Shown here: positions 29,154-37,077 of the stretch, in pieces | Layout: the number at the start of each line of letters is the position of its first letter | Numbering within the stretch: position 1 is the stretch's first letter | Origin: Coriobacteriia bacterium | GTDB lineage: Bacteria; Actinomycetota; Coriobacteriia; Coriobacteriales; RUG033 | NCBI GenBank assembly: GCA_015655215.1 | Contig: JAATFL010000038.1 | Location: 2,157 to 66,156, forward strand | DNA length: 64,000 bases | Direction of reading: 5' to 3' | Made by a program: the position numbers and the translations under genes | Notes under the pieces: generated by a model | The model's database searches: none | What the model was told of the DNA's origin: nothing | What the model saw: the letters and a program-made list of their open reading frames with translations, nothing else

Positions 29154-30020
29154 TCAGAAGATGCGGTTTGGCTGACCGAAGATCGATGAATCGTACTTGC
29201 CCACGAGCAGCTTGGGAACGATGTCGTTTGCCTGGTCACCCATCGGAGTGAGCCCGAGGAACTTCAGGAGGCCGATGTCAAGCTTGGTCCAGCCACCGCC
29301 CAGGGACTGCACGACCGGCAAAGATGCCCACGGATCGTTGACGGAGGGCTGCAGGTTGACCTTGACGGACATCTTCTCCCAGCTCTTGTATGCCATGCGG
29401 CCGAGGACCTTGATCAGGAAGACGTTCGCGAATACGGGCGCGCCCTTCTCGTTGAACGAGGTACCGTACTTGTAGAAGTATTCGTTGCCATCGTTGACCG
29501 TACCTTCCTTGATGTCGCCGAATATCTGTGCGGCCATGGGGCTGTCGTACTCCCCGAGGTCGCACTCGACGTCGAAGACCTTGACACCCATGCGCTCGAC
29601 GCTCGCATATGCCTTATCGCCCAAGCGGCGCAGGTCGATCTTGTCGGCCGTCTTCTTGGGGATGCCCATACCCTCGCGTCCCTCGAAGACCGCGTTGTCA
29701 CCGCCCGTGAGAAGCATCTCGAACGGATACAGACCCACCTCCTTGCCGTCGGTGACGGGAGTGAGGATGGCCGACTCGAAGTACGAGGTGCAGAAGGTGG
29801 GGTCGTGCACCTCGATGACGTAGGAGGTGACGACGGGTGCGACCATCTGCAGAGGGGCCGGCAGTGCGGCCTTGAGCGCCTCGGGGTCGGTCGCCCAGGT
29901 GACGAACATGCCCTCGCAATCGTGCATCCACGAAGGATTGGCCCTCGTGCTGAGATAGTACTCGATCTCGTCCGGTGTCTTCACAAAACTGCAGTTTCCC
30001 ATGGTCCATGTTCCTTTCAT
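29154..30020 (-). CDS. acetoacetate decarboxylase (ADC) family protein
   Basis: FEGREGMGIPKK matches the ADC-family GRE-x-x-G-x-PKK catalytic-lysine region. The size (~285 aa) and beta-rich composition fit. The start is 30020 or 30002. Confidence 0.55.
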   Translation of the reverse strand: MKGTWTMGNCSFVKTPDEIEYYLSTRANPSWMHDCEGMFVTWATDPEALKAALPAPLQMVAPVVTSYVIEVHDPTFCTSYFESAILTPVTDGKEVGLYPFEMLLTGGDNAVFEGREGMGIPKKTADKIDLRRLGDKAYASVERMGVKVFDVECDLGEYDSPMAAQIFGDIKEGTVNDGNEYFYKYGTSFNEKGAPVFANVFLIKVLGRMAYKSWEKMSVKVNLQPSVNDPWASLPVVQSLGGGWTKLDIGLLKFLGLTPMGDQANDIVPKLLVGKYDSSIFGQPNRIF

Positions 30021-30111
30021 TTCGCTTTCCCGATAAGCCCGTATCGTCCACACGTGCACGTACGCTGCGCATGCGTCCCATGCTGCGCCGTACGGAAACA
30101 CCCTTGCCTCG

Positions 30112-30852
30112 CTATTGCCGCTCCTCGCGTTGCCGGCGATGCATGGCCCTCAACTCACCAACCTCGTCGCACACGTCCTGGAAGTCGCAGTTATTGCAGT
30201 CGTATGCAAGGTGTTCGAGCATCTTGTCCATCGCGACGACTGCCCGGGCCACCTTGTCACCTAATGGCTTGAAACGCCTCACCTCCTCTGCCGAGGAGGT
30301 GACCATGATCACCTCCGCCGCATCGACGTATGGCAAGACCTTGAGTGCTCGGATGAGCTCGTTGCCCAGCACATCGAGCGAGAACCCCTCGTCCAGCGCC
30401 TGTTCGCTCACCCGCCCCCACTCCCTGTTTTGCTGCGGTGCAGCGTGCAGCATGTATCCGGACAGGTCGAGCTTGAGCTTAAGCCGGTCCATCTCCGAAT
30501 AACGGGAGTAAGCGTTTCCCTCGTCGAACCCATGGCCGGAGACGAGCACGACCTTACCGAAGGGGAGCTCCTGCGCATGCGTTTCACGCAGGTCAGGACC
30601 GATAAGCCTGATACGCCCATCGACGACCCGTTGGGCAGCATCGCTCCCCACGTCGGTCCACATGAGGAACGATGTGGACTCGCTTCCTGGCGCTCCCAGC
30701 TCCATGGCCATGTCCCCTGCCAAAATGATCTGGCGTTTGACCCTGGGCCACGAAATCTGGGTGTTGTAGGCAAACGTTCGAGTGCGATCGGCAAGGTCCT
30801 CTGCGCTTACGAGCTTGAGCATCTCATCGATGTAGGTGCTGAACATGGTCAC
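30112..30852 (-). CDS. hypothetical protein resembling the N-terminal/central domain of acetyl-CoA synthase (CdhC/AcsB), truncated before the Ni-binding Cys-Gly-Cys
   Basis: ILAGDMAMELGAPGSE, VVDGRIRLIGPDLRE, REWGRVSEQALDEGF and the C-terminal YDCNNCDFQDVCDEV appear in the same order as remembered CdhC motifs (GMFVELGGPKS, KVTIIGPDLKD, WMRVSKDTAAK, YGCTLCQSFAPTNVC). This recognition is from memory and needs an HMM check. Confidence 0.5.
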   Translation of the reverse strand: MTMFSTYIDEMLKLVSAEDLADRTRTFAYNTQISWPRVKRQIILAGDMAMELGAPGSESTSFLMWTDVGSDAAQRVVDGRIRLIGPDLRETHAQELPFGKVVLVSGHGFDEGNAYSRYSEMDRLKLKLDLSGYMLHAAPQQNREWGRVSEQALDEGFSLDVLGNELIRALKVLPYVDAAEVIMVTSSAEEVRRFKPLGDKVARAVVAMDKMLEHLAYDCNNCDFQDVCDEVGELRAMHRRQREERQ

Positions 30853-30959
30853 CTTCTCTCAAGGTCCGAGTCTCCCTCGGTCTGGCCGTAGACCCTGGTC
30901 TTTGGTATAGGACACCCCGGAGACACTGTGCGCCCACACCGCTCTTGTGAAAGCCCCGG

Positions 30960-31169
30960 TTACACCGTTGCCTCAGGCGCCACCCTCGTGGCAGCCTGAG
31001 CCTGATCCCTCGCCGCATACTCGCTTGCCTTGCGCAGGGCGGCGACCTTCTTGAGGGTGGGTGTCATCCTGGCGACCATCACGTCGTCGAGGTCGAACCA
31101 GTAGATCAACCCCACGGCGATGCCCACGACGCCCAGAGCCGCCGTCACGTTCCCGAAGATGTTCTTCAT
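30960..31169 (-). CDS. small single-TM protein (69 aa), paralogue of 31197-31382
   Basis: MKNIFGNVTAALGVVGIAVGLIYWFDLDDVMVARMTPTLKK... AAGGAGG lies 7 nt upstream of the ATG. Confidence 0.55.
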   Translation of the reverse strand: MKNIFGNVTAALGVVGIAVGLIYWFDLDDVMVARMTPTLKKVAALRKASEYAARDQAQAATRVAPEATV

Positions 31170-31196
31170 CTCGCTACCTCCTTCTTGGACTCGCGC

Positions 31197-31382
31197 CTAC
31201 ATCTGCTTGGAGAGCATGGATTGCGCGACGCGCCTCTCGGTATCCTTCTTGATGTCGTCGAGCTTGAACTTGATGGGAAGTGCCGCCATCTGGAACTTGT
31301 CGTCCAAGTCGTACCGCTCGACCAGGATCGTGACCGCAAAGAGCACTCCGATGATCGAAAGCACTGACTTCAGATCCTTCAT
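31197..31382 (-). CDS. small single-TM protein (61 aa)
   Basis: MKDLKSVLSIIGVLFAVTILVERYDLDDKFQMAALPIKFK... GAGAGGGTGAG RBS. Shares the MK start, the TM helix, the DLDD motif and a downstream Pro/Lys pattern with the 69-aa neighbour. Confidence 0.55.
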   Translation of the reverse strand: MKDLKSVLSIIGVLFAVTILVERYDLDDKFQMAALPIKFKLDDIKKDTERRVAQSMLSKQM

Positions 31383-31495
31383 AGTGACTCACCCTCTCTC
31401 TCGTGTTTCGAACACCCGTCACCGACGCCCGCATCGACACGCGTCCGACCAATCCGCACCCACTCTCCCATCCCGCATGTCTCGTGGTGCAAACC

Positions 31496-32323
31496 TCATG
31501 TGAACTTGCTGGCCAGAGCTTTCCTACGAGCGAACTCACAAGCCCCGATGGCACCCATGAGCTGGGGGTCCGTGTCCAACGTGACGAGCTCGAACCCGAG
31601 CATCCGGTCCATGGCCCGTTTGAGACCCCTGTTCTTGGCGCATCCACCCGCCATCGTGACCTCGCGTTCGATACCCGCGGTCTTGAGCAGGGTGTAGCAG
31701 CGCTTCGACACCGACGCCTGTATCCCGGCTGCGATATCCGCAGGCCGCTTCTTCTGCGCCAGAAGGCTGATGACCTCGCTTTCGGCGAACACCGTGCACT
31801 GCGATGAGATCGGGGTTGGACTGTTGGACTGGAGCGCGAGTTCGCAGAACGCGGGCAGGTCCATCTCGAACGCGCGAGCCATGTTCTCGAAGTAGCGTCC
31901 CGTACCAGCTGCGCACTTGTCGTTCATGGAGAAGTGCCGAACCGAACCATCCCCGTCGACCATGATGCCCTTGATGTCCTGGCCTCCGATGTCGATGATG
32001 GTGCGCACCGCGGGGTTGGTGAGGTGGACGCCCATCGCATGGCAACTGATCTCGGAGACGTTCAGGTCGCAGGTGGGGACGTAATTGCGCCCATATCCGG
32101 TTCCCACGAGATACGCGAGCCCACCTATCGAGGAGAACGCCTCGACCTCCTCACCCGCCGTCTCGATGGCGAGCTGAGCCGTCGACTCGGGGTCCATCTT
32201 GCTGCGCACGATCGACGAGCCCAGGATCGCTCCCGTCGAATCCATGATCACGGCCTTGCCGTAGGTCGACCCCACATCACACCCGCATACCAGTTCGGTC
32301 ACCACGACCGTCTCCCTTCGCAT
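31496..32323 (-). CDS. BcrAD/BadFG-type ATPase, activator of 2-hydroxyacyl-CoA dehydratase-like enzymes (HgdC/HadI-like)
   Basis: CDVGSTYGKAV, IIDIGGQDIKG, NDKCAAGTGRYFE and SQCTVFAESEVISL motifs. The two Cys residues sit at positions typical of the bridging [4Fe-4S]. The start is uncertain (32302-32356). Confidence 0.9.
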   Translation of the reverse strand: MRRETVVVTELVCGCDVGSTYGKAVIMDSTGAILGSSIVRSKMDPESTAQLAIETAGEEVEAFSSIGGLAYLVGTGYGRNYVPTCDLNVSEISCHAMGVHLTNPAVRTIIDIGGQDIKGIMVDGDGSVRHFSMNDKCAAGTGRYFENMARAFEMDLPAFCELALQSNSPTPISSQCTVFAESEVISLLAQKKRPADIAAGIQASVSKRCYTLLKTAGIEREVTMAGGCAKNRGLKRAMDRMLGFELVTLDTDPQLMGAIGACEFARRKALASKFT

Positions 32324-32349
32324 CGGCACGATGGCCGAGAGTCCTTCTC

Positions 32350-34026
32350 CTACCACGCTTGCGAGTCGTCGAATTCGAGAAGGCTCGGATCGAGGGGGTC
32401 GGCGTGCATGACGTTGAACATGAAGTTGTTGATCTGGGTGCGCATGCCCTGGCGGCTGACGACACGCGTGTCGAAGAAGTTGTAATCACACACGCAGACG
32501 GGCACGTGATCCTTGCCCCACTCGTTGAGGAACCCGGTAAGGCTCGTATACCCGCGGCAATTGAGATGGTTCATGTCGAGGATGAAGTCGGGCTGGTACA
32601 TGTCGTTGAGCGTGTTGAGACCATCGATCCAGTTCTCCGCGGGACCACGCATGTGGCGTGCCATCGCCGCGTCGCACCAGCAGTTCGCGAGACCCTCGAG
32701 CATCGTGTCGGGCGTCGACGTGTCGATGGTGTACGCGGTGCCGAACTCCTCCATGTCGTTGACGATCTCGATTCCCCAGCACCGCTCGACCCAACCGTAG
32801 ATGCCCGCGTAATCGAAGGGGGGCGTGCTCCACATGACGGTGCGATAGCGGATGTTCTCGAAACAGGGGGTCTGTGACGCGTAGTTTCGCAACGCGAGTG
32901 CGGTGATGCGCTTGTAGAGATCGACGTCCTCCTGCGTCGAGGCCGCCAGGTGAAACGCCGGCATGTATGCGTAATAGAGTGCATCGCCGGTAAGGGGCGG
33001 GTTCAAGGCGCGGTTGAGGTCCCACAGCTGCGTCCTCATCTTCGTGAGTTCGTTCTTGCGCTCGCACACCTCCTTGAGCCTCACCCAGTTCATCTTCTTA
33101 CCGGTATGCTCTTCGAGGAAGGCGACCATGCCCTTGATGTCCTCCACGAACGTCTTTGCGCCGGGATCCCCTGGATGGAAGTTGTAGGGGACGTCGAGCC
33201 AGTAGGTGGGGATGCCCATCTCCTTGATCATCATGCTGTAACCCTCGAAGTGCGCCTCGCACGGCATGTTGGTGGCGATGAGGCAGGACGCCTTCTTGAA
33301 GTACTCGTCCACCGCGAACATCCCGGGTGTCTGCGTGGAGTACGTGCAGGTGTTGTCGGGAAGACCTTGGGCGTACATCGCGTCGAGGTACTTCTCGGGA
33401 GCATGCTGGTCGTCGAGGCCGATCACGTTAGCCGCCGCCTCGACGAGGAACACCTTGATGCCCATGGCCTGCGTGATCTCGGAGGGGATCATGTCATGGG
33501 TCATGACGGTGTGCTCGGGGTCGGTGATGATGTTCTGCAGGCCTTCGACCGCCGCCTTCGTGGTGAGGACGAGTTCGCGGTACAACGCCTCCTTCGACGC
33601 ACCGGTGCGCCCGCGAGCAAGCGTCTTGGCCAGATGGGTCGTCTTGAGCTCGTCGAGGATCCATGGATAACGGAACATGGCGTCGGTCGTCTTACCTGAC
33701 TCCACCTTGGTGAGTGACATGGAGGCGGCCCACATCTTGAGCCAGTACTTGAAATCGATCCACTGGTCATGTAGGTTCGCCTGCTTATTCTTGTCGAGCG
33801 CAGCCTTGAAGGCAGCCTGTCCCTGGGGACTCGACGCCTTGGCGGCGAACTCCCCCACCTTGCCCACGCCCTTCATCACCGTCTTGTTGATGACCGCTGC
33901 CTTCACCCTGTCATCGACCATGTACGCACTCACGGCCCCGACACCCTTCATGAGCAGAGCGTTCCTGGTCCGCTCGTCGACGAGCGCCCTCTTGAGCGTC
34001 GCCTTGGTCTCCTCTTTCATCTTCAA
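32350..34026 (-). CDS. 2-hydroxyacyl-CoA dehydratase / benzoyl-CoA reductase BcrBC-family (HGD-D) large subunit
   Basis: 558 aa. The core from about residue 150 (VMTHDMIPSEITQAMGIKVFLVE...CLIATNMPCEAHFEGYSMMIKEMGIPTYWLDVPY...) is HgdA/BcrC-like. A ~110-aa Lys/Ala-rich N-terminal extension is present. The start lies 3 nt after the upstream stop. Confidence 0.8.
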   Translation of the reverse strand: MKMKEETKATLKRALVDERTRNALLMKGVGAVSAYMVDDRVKAAVINKTVMKGVGKVGEFAAKASSPQGQAAFKAALDKNKQANLHDQWIDFKYWLKMWAASMSLTKVESGKTTDAMFRYPWILDELKTTHLAKTLARGRTGASKEALYRELVLTTKAAVEGLQNIITDPEHTVMTHDMIPSEITQAMGIKVFLVEAAANVIGLDDQHAPEKYLDAMYAQGLPDNTCTYSTQTPGMFAVDEYFKKASCLIATNMPCEAHFEGYSMMIKEMGIPTYWLDVPYNFHPGDPGAKTFVEDIKGMVAFLEEHTGKKMNWVRLKEVCERKNELTKMRTQLWDLNRALNPPLTGDALYYAYMPAFHLAASTQEDVDLYKRITALALRNYASQTPCFENIRYRTVMWSTPPFDYAGIYGWVERCWGIEIVNDMEEFGTAYTIDTSTPDTMLEGLANCWCDAAMARHMRGPAENWIDGLNTLNDMYQPDFILDMNHLNCRGYTSLTGFLNEWGKDHVPVCVCDYNFFDTRVVSRQGMRTQINNFMFNVMHADPLDPSLLEFDDSQAW

Positions 34027-34029
34027 CCT

Positions 34030-35211
34030 CTATTCCGCCCGAAGTGACAGGTCTGCGTTGAGCCTCTTCATGACGACGCTTTCGACGAACGCCTGGACAC
34101 GTGTCCTCAGTTGCCCTTCGCCACTCAGTTGGTACTCGCGCTCGAAGCGGACTGTTGGTATGCCCGCTTCCTGGCACGCCTTGTCGAGCTTGATGACCTC
34201 CCAACCCCACAGGTCACAGAACTTCATGACCTCGAGCATCACCCCGTCGACCTCGTAGGCGGCGGCCCAGTCGAGCATGTGCTCGATGCGATCGTCGAAC
34301 ATCTCGATCATGCGAGGGCAGTCGCTGTGCTCCATGAAGTGATGCGCGAGGTTGGCGTAGGGGTTGCCGTCCTCGGGGATCGGTTCGAGACCGGGCAGCG
34401 AGCCAAAGCAGTAGCGGTCCGCTACGACGATGCATCCCTGATCCTCGATGAGCTGCGTGAACGCGGGATTGTCGAACCGCGAGCCCATGACCATCACGCG
34501 TGGCACATCTTCCATGAATCCATCGCGTTTATCCAATGCCGTCTTGAGGCTTTTGAGAGGTTTGAGGAGAAGGTCGCGCGGAACAGCCTGGCAGGCGGTG
34601 AATACCGTGTGCCACTCGGTTCCGGAGATCTTGGGGTGGGCGTCGAGACGGAGGTCGGCGATCGACTTGAGCACGGCGTTGAACTCGTTGTACTCCCCGA
34701 TGGCCACGGCGACTGCCGCGTCGGACGTATCGACGCCGTAGTGCTCGGAAAGAGCCCCTCCCAATGTGCGCAGATCCTCCTCGAGCGCGTACATACCCGC
34801 CGGGAAGACCTTGCGGGGGGTGTCGATCACGTAGGAGAGGTAGTTCCGCTTCTCCCCGTTGACCCCTAGGAGCTTGAGATTGTGCTCGACGCGCTGGGTG
34901 TGAACGCAGCTTGCCGCGAACACCACCCCGTCCAGCCAATCGTAGACCCCGTCTAGGCCGGCTTGCAGGATGCAACGTGAATACGAGCAGTTGAACTGCG
35001 ACAGGTAGAAGTCGGCCAACTCGGTGCTCTGAACCTCAGGAGCCCTCAGGTGGATCGGAAACAACCTCCCCACGCTGAGCAACGGAGCGGGGACCATGCA
35101 GCAGTTGTATCCGATGGGCACCCCACCTTCCTCTATCGCCTGTTGCACGAGCGGGTTCTTCGAAGACGCGATAACGTCCTGAAAGACCTTCATCTCCTTC
35201 AACCGTTCCAT
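34030..35211 (-). CDS. 2-hydroxyacyl-CoA dehydratase / BcrBC-family (HGD-D) small subunit
   Basis: MERLKEMKVFQDVIASSKNPLVQQAIEEGGVPIGYNCCMVPAPLL...VFAASCVHTQR...VADRYCFGS...MKFCDLWGWE is HgdB/BcrB-like. ATG 35211 has an AGAGGAAGGGG RBS. The ORF-track extension to 35580 is spurious. Confidence 0.8.
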   Translation of the reverse strand: MERLKEMKVFQDVIASSKNPLVQQAIEEGGVPIGYNCCMVPAPLLSVGRLFPIHLRAPEVQSTELADFYLSQFNCSYSRCILQAGLDGVYDWLDGVVFAASCVHTQRVEHNLKLLGVNGEKRNYLSYVIDTPRKVFPAGMYALEEDLRTLGGALSEHYGVDTSDAAVAVAIGEYNEFNAVLKSIADLRLDAHPKISGTEWHTVFTACQAVPRDLLLKPLKSLKTALDKRDGFMEDVPRVMVMGSRFDNPAFTQLIEDQGCIVVADRYCFGSLPGLEPIPEDGNPYANLAHHFMEHSDCPRMIEMFDDRIEHMLDWAAAYEVDGVMLEVMKFCDLWGWEVIKLDKACQEAGIPTVRFEREYQLSGEGQLRTRVQAFVESVVMKRLNADLSLRAE

Positions 35212-35257
35212 ATGCGCACCACCCCTTCCTCTTGTACGACACCTCACGCGACACGTG

Positions 35258-36136
35258 CTACACGAGCACCCCGAACCTCTTGAGCGCCTGCGCCACCGCG
35301 ACCACCGACGGGTCCGTATCGGGTAGCTCGAGCAAGCTTCTGCCGGCGATGTCGAGTTTTCTGATGGGAGAATCCTCGATGACGCAACCCACCTGGTCGA
35401 TATCCCCCAGGTCGACCAGGTGGGCATCGGCCGGATCGACCACGCGGTTGAGCAGGACACCCACATGCTCGTAGTGCATGACCCCGCCATCGGCGACATC
35501 CCGTATCGTCCTGATGACGTTGATGCCCTTGAGACTGCAATCGGAGACGAGCAGCAGGTGCGTGACCGTCTCGAGCACACGACGGTTGACCTGCTCGATC
35601 CCGGCCTCGCCGTCGATCACGACGTAGTCGAAGCTGGCGACGAGCTCCTCGATGACCTCCTTGAGGTAATCGTTCACCTTGCAATAGCACCCTTCGGTCT
35701 CCGGGCGACCGATGGCGAGAAACGCGAAGTGCTCCCGCTCGGCCATCGCCTCGTACACTCGGTAGTCGAGTTCCTCAAGAATCGCCGCCACGTCCCCGGC
35801 CTCGCCCGTGCGACTGCTCCTGATGACGTCGTTCCTGATCTCATCGACGGTGTGCACCACGTCGACGCCCAACGCCGTGGCAAGGCCCACCGCCGGATCC
35901 GCATCGATGACGAGCACCTTCGCATCCGGACGCTCGGCGAGCAGGATCTTGGTGACCATGGCGGAGACGGAGGTCTTGCCCACGCCACCCTTGCCACATA
36001 TGGCCATGACCGTAGGTCTTGGACCGCCGGTGCCCTGGTGGGAGGCGCAACCGTGTCCGTGCCCATGCTCCTGATCCTGATCATGTTCATGGTCGTGCTC
36101 CTGGTGATGCTGATGCGCCCCACACTCCTCGCACAT
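35258..36136 (-). CDS. CooC/AcsF-like P-loop metallochaperone ATPase with Cys- and His-rich N-terminus
   Basis: MCEECGAHQHHQEHDHEHDQDQEHGHGHGCASHQ, then ICGKGGVGKTSVSAM (deviant Walker A), VIDADP, GCYCKVN (CooC CxC metal site) and IDGEAGIEQ. ATG 36136 has GGAGAGGAGGGA upstream. The alternative GTG 36166 overlaps the fixB stop. Confidence 0.75.
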   Translation of the reverse strand: MCEECGAHQHHQEHDHEHDQDQEHGHGHGCASHQGTGGPRPTVMAICGKGGVGKTSVSAMVTKILLAERPDAKVLVIDADPAVGLATALGVDVVHTVDEIRNDVIRSSRTGEAGDVAAILEELDYRVYEAMAEREHFAFLAIGRPETEGCYCKVNDYLKEVIEELVASFDYVVIDGEAGIEQVNRRVLETVTHLLLVSDCSLKGINVIRTIRDVADGGVMHYEHVGVLLNRVVDPADAHLVDLGDIDQVGCVIEDSPIRKLDIAGRSLLELPDTDPSVVAVAQALKRFGVLV

Positions 36137-36162
36137 AAGACATCCCTCCTCTCCGTGCAACG

Positions 36163-37077
36163 TCACCGTGCCGTGACGAGTGCGTCAGTAAGCAAGGGGA
36201 CCACGGCATACAGGTCACCTACGATGCCAAAATCCGCTTCCCTGAAAATGGGAGCCTTTTCATTCTTGTCGATTGCGACGATCACCTTCGCATCGCGTAC
36301 GCCCACCATGTGCTGCACTTGCCCGGAGACACCCACGGAGAGGTACAGGTCGGGTGCCACACTCACGCCGGATATGCCCACGTACTGCTCAGCGGGAACC
36401 CAGCCCCGCTCCTCGGCGATGCCGCGGGTACAGCCGATCCGTGCATCCAAAGCCGCTGCCAGACCCTCGATCAACGCCATGTCCTCACGCTTCGAGACAC
36501 CCATGCCCACAGAGACGATCCGCGGAGCGCATGACAGGTCGGCCCCCTCTTGCGAGAGCGGCTCCCTCTCCACCAGGTGGACGCGCATATCTGGTTGGAT
36601 GACAATGGTCTCAAGTGGGGAGTCCACACCCCGTACCGCCTCGAAACGCCCTGATGGTATGGTGACGACAACCGGTGTGGAGAATTCCTCCGACCGCACC
36701 ATGGCACCCCCGTACATGAGGCGTTCGGTTGAAAGCTTGCCATCCAGGAGATGCACGGCAGAAACGTCACTGGCCATCCCACACCCGAGATAACCAGCCA
36801 CACGTGCCGCTAGGTCACGACCACGCGGCGTTGCACCTACGGCGAAGAGACTCACTCCCCACTCATCGATCAAACCTGCCAGGGCCCTCGCGTTATTTTC
36901 GGGGATATCACTATCCCCATCGAGCAGAACGACCTTTGATGCGCCACATCCCACAAGCTCGGAAGCTTCCTCGGGACTGAACGTGACGATGGTGACGTCG
37001 TGCTCTTCCTCACGGGCAAAACCTACCAGCTCTGCGGCAAGCGAGGGCTTATCGCTGTAGATGAGAACTTCGTTCAT
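36163..37077 (-). CDS. fixB: electron transfer flavoprotein alpha subunit, FixB type
   Basis: 304 aa. The C-terminus EQYVGISGVSVAPDLYLSVGVSGQVQHMVGVRDAKVIVAIDKNEKAPIFREADFGIVGDLYAVVPLLTDAL parallels E. coli FixB. Confidence 0.9.
   Translation of the reverse strand: MNEVLIYSDKPSLAAELVGFAREEEHDVTIVTFSPEEASELVGCGASKVVLLDGDSDIPENNARALAGLIDEWGVSLFAVGATPRGRDLAARVAGYLGCGMASDVSAVHLLDGKLSTERLMYGGAMVRSEEFSTPVVVTIPSGRFEAVRGVDSPLETIVIQPDMRVHLVEREPLSQEGADLSCAPRIVSVGMGVSKREDMALIEGLAAALDARIGCTRGIAEERGWVPAEQYVGISGVSVAPDLYLSVGVSGQVQHMVGVRDAKVIVAIDKNEKAPIFREADFGIVGDLYAVVPLLTDALVTAR

Noticed and set aside
35212-35580. N-terminal extensions suggested by the ORF track (for example 34030-35580, and likewise 12072-12278, 18755-18913, 21836-22051, 43403-43540, 47116-47256)
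   Set aside because: The extensions overlap neighbouring genes or consist of Ser/Arg/Cys-rich sequence. Internal ATG/GTG codons with good Shine-Dalgarno sites coincide with the expected family N-termini.
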